DNA of 64,000 bases from an uncultured Candidatus Saccharibacteria bacterium (GTDB lineage Bacteria; Patescibacteriota; Saccharimonadia; Saccharimonadales; Saccharimonadaceae), in the NCBI GenBank assembly GCA_964406525.1, contig CAYOSC010000001.1, positions 1,174-65,173 of the forward strand, given 5' to 3'. How positions within the stretch are numbered: position 1 is the first letter of the stretch; each line of letters starts with the position of its first letter. A model generated the notes under the pieces. It was given only the letters and a program-made list of their open reading frames with translations, had not been told where the DNA came from and searched no databases. The position numbers and the translations under genes are program-made. Shown here piece by piece: positions 56,374 to 64,000 of the stretch.

Positions 56374-57807
56374 TTAATCATTTCCTCCCATCAGATCAGC
56401 ATGCGTATCAATATCATCGGTAGCGTCGCTGCGAAGCTGTGCAGCGAATTGGATCAAGGCACGATCACTACGGCGCGGACCGACCAGCTGAAGCCCGAGC
56501 GACAGACCCTCCGGAGTCTCACCGACCGGAATCGCGAGGCCAGGTACGCCAGCAAGATTAAGTGAAACGGACATCATGTCTTCGAGATACATGGCGACTG
56601 GATCATCGACTTTCTCACCCAGCTTGAAAGCAGGATTTGGACTAACCGGTGTGAGGATAAAATCACACTGCTCGAAAGCTCGGTTGTATTCTTCGATAAT
56701 CAGAGTACGGGCTTTGGCGGCCTTCAGATAATAGGCATCGTAAAAGCCGGATGACAAAACGAAATTGCCGATCATGATACGACGCTTATTCTCGGGCATG
56801 AAGCCTTCGTTGCGAGTGTTCTCGTAGAGCTCGCCGAGAGTCTGCGACTGGGCACTACGGAAGCCGTAGCGAATACCATCGTGGCGGGAGAGGTTGCTGG
56901 CAACTTCGGCTGGGACGATGATATAATAAGCAGCCAGAGCGTACTTCAGTGCTGGCATATTGAGCTCGACGATTTCGTGACCGGCGGCTTTGAACTGCTC
57001 AACTTCGCGCCGCAAGGCATTGCGAATCTCGGGGCTAACTGCGTCATTATCAAAATCTTTGATGACGCCGATTTTTTTAATGGGATCATTATAATATTTA
57101 TCCTGACCATAATAATCTGGCAAAGTCGTGAGATCATAAGCATCCTGCCCAGCCGTAATCTGCATGAGCAGGTCTAAATCATTCGGATCCTGCGCGAAGA
57201 AACCGACACAATCCGTACTCGAGGCCATCGCCACGACACCATAGCGTGAAATTGTACCGTAGGTCGGCTTCAGGCCATAGACACCGTTAAAGCTAGCTGG
57301 CTGGCGAATCGAACCGCCGGTATCGGTACCGGTAGCAAACGGCACAATATCCAGTGCGACGGCTACGGCTGAGCCACCAGAGCTACCACCAGCGACGCGG
57401 GTGAGATCTTTGGAATTTTTCGTAGGGCCATAATAGGAGTTCTCAGTCGAGGAGCCGTGCGCGAAAGCATCAAGGTTCGTGCGCCCGATCATGATCGCGC
57501 CTTCGGCCTCGAGCTTCTTGACTGTCGTAGCAGTAACCGGGCTAGTAAACTCTTCGAGGATGTGGGCCGAGGCGGTAGTGCCACCCTCGGGACTGAGGAA
57601 ATTATCTTTCAGAGCATAGGGCACGCCAGCGAGACGGCCAACCTCTTCGCCATTCTGAATCCGAGCGTCGATCTCGGCGGCCTTTTTAATAGCTTCGACG
57701 TCGTTGATGAAATTAAAAATATGATATTCTTCTTGATATTTGTGCGCTTTGTCGAGAGCCTCCTGGACCAGCGACATCGCGGTAAGATCTTTGCTCGCAG
57801 TTTTCAT
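56374..57807 (-). CDS. gatA: Glutamyl-tRNA(Gln) amidotransferase subunit A
   Basis: 477 aa. Amidase signature GGSSGGSAVAVA and conserved Ser-cisSer-Lys region. Confidence 0.95.
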   Translation of the reverse strand: MKTASKDLTAMSLVQEALDKAHKYQEEYHIFNFINDVEAIKKAAEIDARIQNGEEVGRLAGVPYALKDNFLSPEGGTTASAHILEEFTSPVTATTVKKLEAEGAIMIGRTNLDAFAHGSSTENSYYGPTKNSKDLTRVAGGSSGGSAVAVALDIVPFATGTDTGGSIRQPASFNGVYGLKPTYGTISRYGVVAMASSTDCVGFFAQDPNDLDLLMQITAGQDAYDLTTLPDYYGQDKYYNDPIKKIGVIKDFDNDAVSPEIRNALRREVEQFKAAGHEIVELNMPALKYALAAYYIIVPAEVASNLSRHDGIRYGFRSAQSQTLGELYENTRNEGFMPENKRRIMIGNFVLSSGFYDAYYLKAAKARTLIIEEYNRAFEQCDFILTPVSPNPAFKLGEKVDDPVAMYLEDMMSVSLNLAGVPGLAIPVGETPEGLSLGLQLVGPRRSDRALIQFAAQLRSDATDDIDTHADLMGGND

Positions 57808-57818
57808 ATTGACTTCCC

Positions 57819-58106
57819 CTATAAAACTTTCGGTACTTTGATTTGATTATCTTTGACTTCTTTGGTCAGGCTGAGCAGAGCTGCGCGATCGGCTTCTTGC
57901 GGGAGGATTTCGTCGGCACGCCAGACATTTTCCATCTCGAAAACTTGATAAGTCGGCTCGACGCCCTCGGTATCAAGCTCATCGAGCTGCGAGATATACT
58001 GCACGATCCCTTTAATATCGGTAACCAAACGCGTACTTTCGTCATCGGTGAGAGCGAAGTTCGACAGTTTCGCGAGGTGAGAAATAGTGTCCTGATTAAC
58101 TTCCAT
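57819..58106 (-). CDS. gatC: Glutamyl-tRNA(Gln) amidotransferase subunit C
   Basis: 95 aa. ...HLAKL..F.L.D.E............LDE.DT.GV.P pattern. Confidence 0.9.
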   Translation of the reverse strand: MEVNQDTISHLAKLSNFALTDDESTRLVTDIKGIVQYISQLDELDTEGVEPTYQVFEMENVWRADEILPQEADRAALLSLTKEVKDNQIKVPKVL

Positions 58107-58176
58107 GTATTTTATTATACTACACTTTTATAAGTTGGCCTTGATTTCGGGAAATAAATCGTAAAAATTATACCTC

Positions 58177-58204
58177 AAAACTCCCCACGCAGCTGGGGAG
58201 TTTT
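58177..58204 (-). terminator. Rho-independent terminator after rpoC
   Basis: aaaactcccca-cgcagc-tggggagtttt. Confidence 0.75.
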
Positions 58205-58227
58205 AGTGTGCTAGGCTAGAGCGGTCG

Positions 58228-61200
58228 CTAGAGCTCGGCTACTTCTTCGGCAGAAGGAGCGCTAGCCATATCGATCGTCTCGTCGAGAGCTTCAGTTTCC
58301 TCAGCATCGGTGACATCGAGCGGCTTGACACCGGTACCGACTGGGATCTTGCGTCCGATGATGACGTTCTCTTTCAGGCCGTTGAGGTGGTCGACACGAC
58401 CATTGATAGCGGCGTTGATAAGCACGCGCGTAGTATCCTGGAAGGAGGCGGCGGACAAGAACGAATCGGACCAGATCGAGACTTTGGTAATACCGAGGAG
58501 CAAGCTCTGGTAGGTAGCGGCTTGTTTGCCTTTCTCTTCGAGTTCCTTGTTCTCAGCAATGATAGCAGCCTTTGAAACGATATCGCCGGAGACGAAGCTA
58601 GAATCGCCAGCATCGTCGATCATAACGCGGCTAAACATCTGGCGGACGATGATCTCCAAGTGCTTGGCCGAGATCTCGTGACCCTGAGCAGCATAGACAG
58701 AGATAACGTCGTTCATGATGTAACGAGCGGTCTCTTCGGCGCCCTTGTACTTGAGCAAATCTTGTAAGTTCAAGGAACCAGTGGTGATGCGGTCACCAGC
58801 TCCGAGACGGTCGCCATCTTGGACGAGCAGCTCGGCATCGTTCGGGATTTCCATCTTGACAGCAGCGCCAGCTTCGGCGACGATAATGATCGCATCCTTG
58901 GTCAGCTGAGCATTACCATCGACTGGTGAGATAAGTGGCTCTTGACCATCGCCTTTGTCAGCAATGACATCACCAGTCTTGACGCCAGCACCGTCTTTGA
59001 TCCGAGCCTTGCGACCTTCGAGGAGGAGGCGAATTGTATCACCGGTGTCTGGAGTGATGGTGACAATATATTTATTAGCTTCCTCGATAATCGTAACTGT
59101 ACCGTCGACTGGAGAAACGTAAGCTTGGCCCTTCGGGATACGAGCTTCGAGGAGCTCTTCCACACGCGGAAGACCGCGAGCGATTGCACCAGAACCGGCC
59201 ACACCAGAGCCGTGCTTAGTGTCGAGGGTCAGCTGAGTACCTGGCTCACCGAGTGACTGCGCGGCGATCACGCCGACTGGCTGATTTGGCTCGACGAGGG
59301 CACGAGTAGACATATCGACGCCGTAGGCTTTCTGTGGGACGCCGTTGACTGCAGTCGTAGTGAGGACGGACTGAATCTTGACGGATTCGATCTTCTCATC
59401 ATTCTCGATCTGCTCGGCCATTTCCTTCGTAATCAGCTCGTCAGCACCGACGTAACCTGGGACTGGCTCGGCAGTGTAGCGGCCAGCGATCCGAGCAGCG
59501 AAGCCGATACCGGTGTAATCTGATTCGCTACGATAGACAGCGAAACCAGGATCCGGAGCTTCCTCAGTAGTGGTGAAGACATCCTGCGCCACATCGACGA
59601 GACGGCGGGTGAGGTAACCAGAGTCCGCGGTACGAAGCGCGGTCGACACCTGACCCTGACGAGCACCACGAGTAGCGATGAAGGACTCGAGGGTATTGAG
59701 ACCTTTCTTGTAGCTAGACTTGACTGGGAGCTCGATTTCGTTGTTGTTAATATCCACCATGATACCGATCTCGGCAGAAGCAAGCTTAATGTTAGAAACG
59801 CTACCACGAGCACCGGAGTTCACCATCACGGCGATGTCAGTATCCATCTCGGCCAGCTTGCTCTTCAGGAAGTCAGAAATCTTCTTGTCGATATCACGCC
59901 AGTTGGCCACGGTGAGGTTGTAACGCTCTTCGTCGGTGACGAGACCCTGTTCGAATTGCTCCTGAATGAGCGCGGTCTTGGCATCACCTTCGGCGATGAA
60001 ATCGTCAATCTCTGGATAAGTCGGGTAATCATCTTTCGCCGTGGAGACGGAAGCAATCGTCTCGTACTCGAAGGCGAGGTTCTTGACAGCGTCGGCAGTC
60101 TTCACGGTCATTTCGGCGCCATACATATCGAAGATGTCGGCCATGACCTTCTTGAGCTGCTTGCTAGTCTGGACGGAATCATCATACGGATAATCTTTTG
60201 GCAAGACTTCGTTGAAGATCACGCGACCGAGAGTAGTATTGCGGATTTCGCCCTTCGCGAAGACGCGAATCGGCGTCTGCAAAGCGATAATGCCCTGGTC
60301 GAGCGCCATCTCAGCTTCGTAGACGGAGCTAAATGGCTTAACTTTATCAGTCTCAGTGCCAGGCTTGTCATAAGTGAGGTAGTAGATACCGAGCACAACG
60401 TCCTGATAGATTGCCAGCACCGGTGCACCGTCAGCAGGCTTCAAGAGGTTCTTGCCGGCAGACATGAGCTCGCGAGCTTCGGCCTGAGCAGCGTCGGAAA
60501 GTGGCAGATGGACAGCCATTTGGTCACCATCGTAGTCGGCGTTAAAGCCGGAGGCGACGAGCGGGTGGAGCTGGATAGCCTTACCCTCGATCAAACGTGG
60601 CTGGAAAGCCTGAACCGACAAGCGGTGTAGCGACGGGGCGCGGTTCAAGAGGACATATTTACCCTTGATACATTCATCGAGACCATCCCAGACGATCGCC
60701 TCGCCAGCGTCGATCATACGCGTAGCGGAGCGAATGTTGGCGGCGTGTTCATTAGCGATCAGCCAAGAAATCACAAATGGTTTGAAGAGCTCGAGTGCCA
60801 TCTGCTTCGGCAGACCGCATTCATTAAGTTTTAGCGTAGGACCGACCACGATCACAGAACGACCGGAGTAATCTACGCGCTTACCGAGCAAGTTCTGGCG
60901 GAAGCGGCCCTGCTTACCTTTGAGCAGGTCAGAGATACTCTTGAGCTTGCGGCGACCATTCTGCGCATTGGCGCTGCGGCTGCCATGCACGGCAGAGTTA
61001 TCAATCAAAGCATCGACAGCTTCCTGGAGCATGCGCATTTCGTTGTGACGGATCACGGCCGGAGCGTTGAGCTCGATCAGCTTCTTGAGACGGTTGTTAC
61101 GGTTAATGACGCGGCGATAGAGATCATTTAGATCGGAGGTCGCGAAACGGCCGCCAGGGAGAGCGATCATCGGGCGCAGGTCTGGTGGAATCACCGGGAC

Positions 61201-62091
61201 AACAGTTAAGACGAGATCGATCGGTTTAATTCCGGCAGACTCCATGCCTTCGAGCACCTTGAGGCGCTTCATGATGCGCTTCTGCTTCTGACCCTTGGTT
61301 GCTTCAGCTTCTTCACGAAGCTCAGAAATCATGGTCTTGAGGTCAATTTCCTCGAGAAGCTTCATGATAGCGGGTGCGCCCATTTCTACTTCGACGAGGT
61401 CGACGTATTCCTCAGGAAGATTACGATAAGCTTGCTCGGTGATGACGGCACCTTTCTGGAGACCTTCGAGGGCATTCTTGCGCGCGAGATAATCGGTCTC
61501 GAGAGCTTCCATTTCTTTGGCTTGCTCATCAGCGAGAGCGGTGGCATTGGCATTCTGATCCTCAGCAAGCTTCTCGTAGCGCAAGCGAATGGCTTCGCGA
61601 GCAGCGACGGTAGCCGACTCTAGATCGGTGAGTTTCTGCTCGATTTCTTCATCTTTTGCGCTAATGATGAGGTAAGCAGCGAAGTAAACTACTTTCTCAA
61701 TATTCTTCACAGTTAGATTCAACAAGACACTGAGCGCGCTCGGCGTACCGCGCATGAACCAGATATGGGCAACTGGCGCCGCCAAGGTGATGTGCCCCAT
61801 ACGCTCACGACGGGCGATAGATTTGGTAACTAAGTTCCCTTCTTTATCGACAGCAGCTTCGCGAGAACGCACACCTTTGAGCTTCGAATCGTGCGGGTTA
61901 ATATCTTTTACTGGACCGAAGATCCTTTCGCAGAACAGACCGTCACGTTCTGGCTTCTGTGTGCGATAATTGATCGTTTCTGGCTTCGAGACTTCGCCGT
62001 AGCTCCAGCCGAGAATATCTTCTTTGCTGGCGACGCTAAGCCGAATCGAGTCAAAATCATTGGCGCTAATGTAATTATCCATCCAAGCCAT
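58228..62091 (-). CDS. rpoC: DNA-directed RNA polymerase subunit beta-prime
   Basis: The ATG at 62091 follows the rpoB stop (TAATATG). ETINYRT.KPERDGLFCERIFGP, NADYDGDQM catalytic loop, and trigger loop/bridge helix regions. The ORF extension to 62163 overlaps rpoB. Confidence 0.97.
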   Translation of the reverse strand: MAWMDNYISANDFDSIRLSVASKEDILGWSYGEVSKPETINYRTQKPERDGLFCERIFGPVKDINPHDSKLKGVRSREAAVDKEGNLVTKSIARRERMGHITLAAPVAHIWFMRGTPSALSVLLNLTVKNIEKVVYFAAYLIISAKDEEIEQKLTDLESATVAAREAIRLRYEKLAEDQNANATALADEQAKEMEALETDYLARKNALEGLQKGAVITEQAYRNLPEEYVDLVEVEMGAPAIMKLLEEIDLKTMISELREEAEATKGQKQKRIMKRLKVLEGMESAGIKPIDLVLTVVPVIPPDLRPMIALPGGRFATSDLNDLYRRVINRNNRLKKLIELNAPAVIRHNEMRMLQEAVDALIDNSAVHGSRSANAQNGRRKLKSISDLLKGKQGRFRQNLLGKRVDYSGRSVIVVGPTLKLNECGLPKQMALELFKPFVISWLIANEHAANIRSATRMIDAGEAIVWDGLDECIKGKYVLLNRAPSLHRLSVQAFQPRLIEGKAIQLHPLVASGFNADYDGDQMAVHLPLSDAAQAEARELMSAGKNLLKPADGAPVLAIYQDVVLGIYYLTYDKPGTETDKVKPFSSVYEAEMALDQGIIALQTPIRVFAKGEIRNTTLGRVIFNEVLPKDYPYDDSVQTSKQLKKVMADIFDMYGAEMTVKTADAVKNLAFEYETIASVSTAKDDYPTYPEIDDFIAEGDAKTALIQEQFEQGLVTDEERYNLTVANWRDIDKKISDFLKSKLAEMDTDIAVMVNSGARGSVSNIKLASAEIGIMVDINNNEIELPVKSSYKKGLNTLESFIATRGARQGQVSTALRTADSGYLTRRLVDVAQDVFTTTEEAPDPGFAVYRSESDYTGIGFAARIAGRYTAEPVPGYVGADELITKEMAEQIENDEKIESVKIQSVLTTTAVNGVPQKAYGVDMSTRALVEPNQPVGVIAAQSLGEPGTQLTLDTKHGSGVAGSGAIARGLPRVEELLEARIPKGQAYVSPVDGTVTIIEEANKYIVTITPDTGDTIRLLLEGRKARIKDGAGVKTGDVIADKGDGQEPLISPVDGNAQLTKDAIIIVAEAGAAVKMEIPNDAELLVQDGDRLGAGDRITTGSLNLQDLLKYKGAEETARYIMNDVISVYAAQGHEISAKHLEIIVRQMFSRVMIDDAGDSSFVSGDIVSKAAIIAENKELEEKGKQAATYQSLLLGITKVSIWSDSFLSAASFQDTTRVLINAAINGRVDHLNGLKENVIIGRKIPVGTGVKPLDVTDAEETEALDETIDMASAPSAEEVAEL

Positions 62092-62092
62092 A

Positions 62093-64000
62093 TTACAACT
62101 CCTCTCCGAGGTCGAGCGATCCGTCATCTTCGGCGTCCAAATCGTCCACCGGGAGATCATCAAAATCTTCCGCCTCTGTTATTTCTACCCCTTCATCATC
62201 CAAAAGTTCTTTGGATTCTTCATCGTCGAGATCTACCATCGTCTCGACAGCTTCTTGTTGCATACCATGCTGAGCATAGATCAAGCGATCATCGCGTTCT
62301 TTCTCGATCTGGCGAGAAGTCTTTTCAATCACTTCACCAGCGTCAGTCGAATTACCATGGTCGAGCAAGTCAACTTTCAGGCCAAGACCCTGGAATTCCT
62401 TGACTAAGACATTAAAGCCTTCTGGAAGCTTCGGTCCCTCGATCGGCTCGCGCTTGATGATTGATTCGTAAGCTTTGGCACGGCCATAGACATCATCAGA
62501 CTTAATAGTGAGCATTTCCTGCAAGGCAGTAGCAGCACCGTAAGCTTCGAGTGCCCACACCTCCATTTCTCCGAAACGCTGACCACCATTCTGAGCTTTA
62601 CCGCCGAGTGGCTGCTGGGTAACGGCAGTGTATGGACCGGTAGAACGAGCGTGAATCTTGTCCTCGACCATGTGGTGGAGCTTCAGCATGTGCATGACAC
62701 CGACCGAAGTGCGCTCATTGAACGGCTCACCGGTCAGACCATCGTAGAGCTGGACACGACCATCGCGGGCGAAGCCAGCTTTCTCGAGCTGATCAGAAAT
62801 GACTTCATCTGGCACACCGTTGAAGGACGGTGTGGCGACTTCATAACCAAGCGCGCGGGCAGCCATACCGAGGTGAATCTCAAAGAGCTGACCGAGGTTC
62901 ATACGACTCGGCACACCCATCGGGCTGAGGAGGACGTCGATTGGAGTACCATCTTCCATGAATGGCATGTCTTCGACCGGGAGGATGCGAGAGACGACAC
63001 CCTTGTTACCGTGGCGGCCAGCGATCTTATCACCGACGCTAATCTTGCGCATCTCGGCGACGTAGATCTTGATCTGCATAATCACACCGGCTTTCAGCTC
63101 GTGACCCTGTTCGTGAGTGTAGATGCGGACACCGACGACTTTACCAGTCGAGGAGCCGTTCATACGGACAGAAGTATCGCGGACGTCTTTCGCCTTCTCG
63201 CCGAAGATGGCGCGAAGGAGACGCTCCTCGGAGCTGAGCTCTTGCTCACCCTTTGGCGTAATTTTACCGACGAGAATATCGCCCGGCTGGACTTCCGAAC
63301 CGACCACGACAATACCATCTTCACCGAGATGACGGAGGCTACGCTCGGGGACATTCGGGATGTCGCGAGTAACCTGCTCTGGGCCGAGCTTAGTCTCGCG
63401 AACTTCGACATCGAAATCTTTAATATTAATAGAAGTGAGCGAATCATCGCCGACGAGACGCTGAGAAATCACGATCGCATCATCCATGTTGTAGCCACGC
63501 CACGGCATGAAAGCGACGAGGAGGTCTTTACCAAGAGCGAGCTCGCCATTAGAGACGCTGGCACCTTCGATCAGGATGTCGCCTTTCTTCACCTTCTGGC
63601 CACGAGCAACTTTCACACGCTGATTGTAACAGCGGTCATCATTAGTTTTCTCGAAATGTTCGAGCTTGTATTCCTTAGTACCGTCTTTATACTTAACTTC
63701 GACAGCGACACCATCGGCGCGGGTAACCTCACCAGCAGCCTCGGCGACGACGACCTGAGAAGTGTTCATGGCGACGGCGTGCTCGATACCAGTACCGACG
63801 ACCGGAGCGTCATTCTTCAGTAGAGGGACAGCTTGCTTCTGCATGGCGCAGGCCATGAGCGAGCGGTCGACACGGTTCTTCTCGACGAACGGGATCAAGC
63901 TAGCCGAGGTACCGAGAATTTCCTTGTGTGCAGCATCAATGTGAGTGACCTGACTACTGGCAACCTGGCTTGGGCGGCCGTGAACACGAGCGGAGACCCA
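62093..64000 (-). CDS. rpoB: DNA-directed RNA polymerase subunit beta (3' part; continues beyond the window)
   Basis: The frame stays open to nt 64000 (...SLIPFVEKNRVDRSLMACAMQKQAVP...). GRHGNKGV, and MEVWALEAYGAA near the C-terminus. The acidic C-terminal tail is unusual. Confidence 0.97.
   Translation of the reverse strand, partial: WVSARVHGRPSQVASSQVTHIDAAHKEILGTSASLIPFVEKNRVDRSLMACAMQKQAVPLLKNDAPVVGTGIEHAVAMNTSQVVVAEAAGEVTRADGVAVEVKYKDGTKEYKLEHFEKTNDDRCYNQRVKVARGQKVKKGDILIEGASVSNGELALGKDLLVAFMPWRGYNMDDAIVISQRLVGDDSLTSINIKDFDVEVRETKLGPEQVTRDIPNVPERSLRHLGEDGIVVVGSEVQPGDILVGKITPKGEQELSSEERLLRAIFGEKAKDVRDTSVRMNGSSTGKVVGVRIYTHEQGHELKAGVIMQIKIYVAEMRKISVGDKIAGRHGNKGVVSRILPVEDMPFMEDGTPIDVLLSPMGVPSRMNLGQLFEIHLGMAARALGYEVATPSFNGVPDEVISDQLEKAGFARDGRVQLYDGLTGEPFNERTSVGVMHMLKLHHMVEDKIHARSTGPYTAVTQQPLGGKAQNGGQRFGEMEVWALEAYGAATALQEMLTIKSDDVYGRAKAYESIIKREPIEGPKLPEGFNVLVKEFQGLGLKVDLLDHGNSTDAGEVIEKTSRQIEKERDDRLIYAQHGMQQEAVETMVDLDDEESKELLDDEGVEITEAEDFDDLPVDDLDAEDDGSLDLGEEL

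Noticed and set aside
62651-63823. 390-aa + strand ORF antisense to rpoB, and 59956..60630 and 61891..62403 antisense to rpoC
   Set aside because: These are shadow ORFs of highly conserved genes. No independent signals support them.
1-64000. CRISPR arrays, tRNA/rRNA genes, transposases, integrases, prophage, toxin-antitoxin pairs, or alternative genetic code (UGA = Gly)
   Set aside because: There are no regularly spaced direct repeats and no cloverleaf or rRNA-like segments in the intergenic regions. No recombinase-like ORF is present. All conserved genes are full length under the standard code, and TGA terminates 51915..52712.

Overview
The window is a gene-dense, almost uniformly minus-strand stretch of a small bacterial genome using the standard code. 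TGA acts as a stop, and no conserved gene needs recoding. The content is mostly housekeeping:
- Transcription and translation: rpoB (partial)-rpoC, gatCAB, fusA, rpsB-tsf-frr-uppS-rseP, rplS, rpmE2, greA, and serS, lysS, proS and cysS.
- DNA repair: ruvA, ruvC, radA, rmuC, an rnhB-yraN fusion and two SF1 helicases.
- Cell envelope and other: uppP, murJ, a GT2 glycosyltransferase, ldh.

The tight packing, ldh-type metabolism, Zn-free L31 and FISUMP-type surface proteins fit a reduced Gram-positive-like or CPR (Saccharibacteria-like) organism. That placement is an inference I cannot confirm without a database search.

I found no CRISPR array, tRNA, rRNA, prophage, transposase or convincing multi-gene defence system. 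Accessory content consists of a Bce-type peptide-antibiotic sensing/efflux module (RR-HK-ABC), a MacB-like ABC pair, two domain-permuted FISUMP-domain secreted paralogs, and two more G+C-rich orphan genes.

The most unusual signals are non-coding:
1. A three-copy family of ~115-125-nt palindromic repeats keeps its pairing through compensatory changes. One copy sits in frame inside a coding region and one splits the bceA/bceB pair, which resembles Rickettsia palindromic elements.
2. A structured leader is conserved upstream of both FISUMP paralogs. It has two interleaved helices that covary between the loci, and its G-U pairs work only on the sense strand.
3. A ~230-bp near-perfect foldback flanked by a 9-bp near-direct repeat is inserted in one of those leaders.

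Protein-level oddities:
- The RNase HII-YraN fusion has no ATG/GTG/TTG start.
- A TM-anchored RNxxxH (HEPN-like) mini-protein is wedged between gatA and gatB.
- The beta-prime zinc ribbon has lost all four cysteines.

All coordinates and motifs were read by eye. No folding, HMM or BLAST computation was run.
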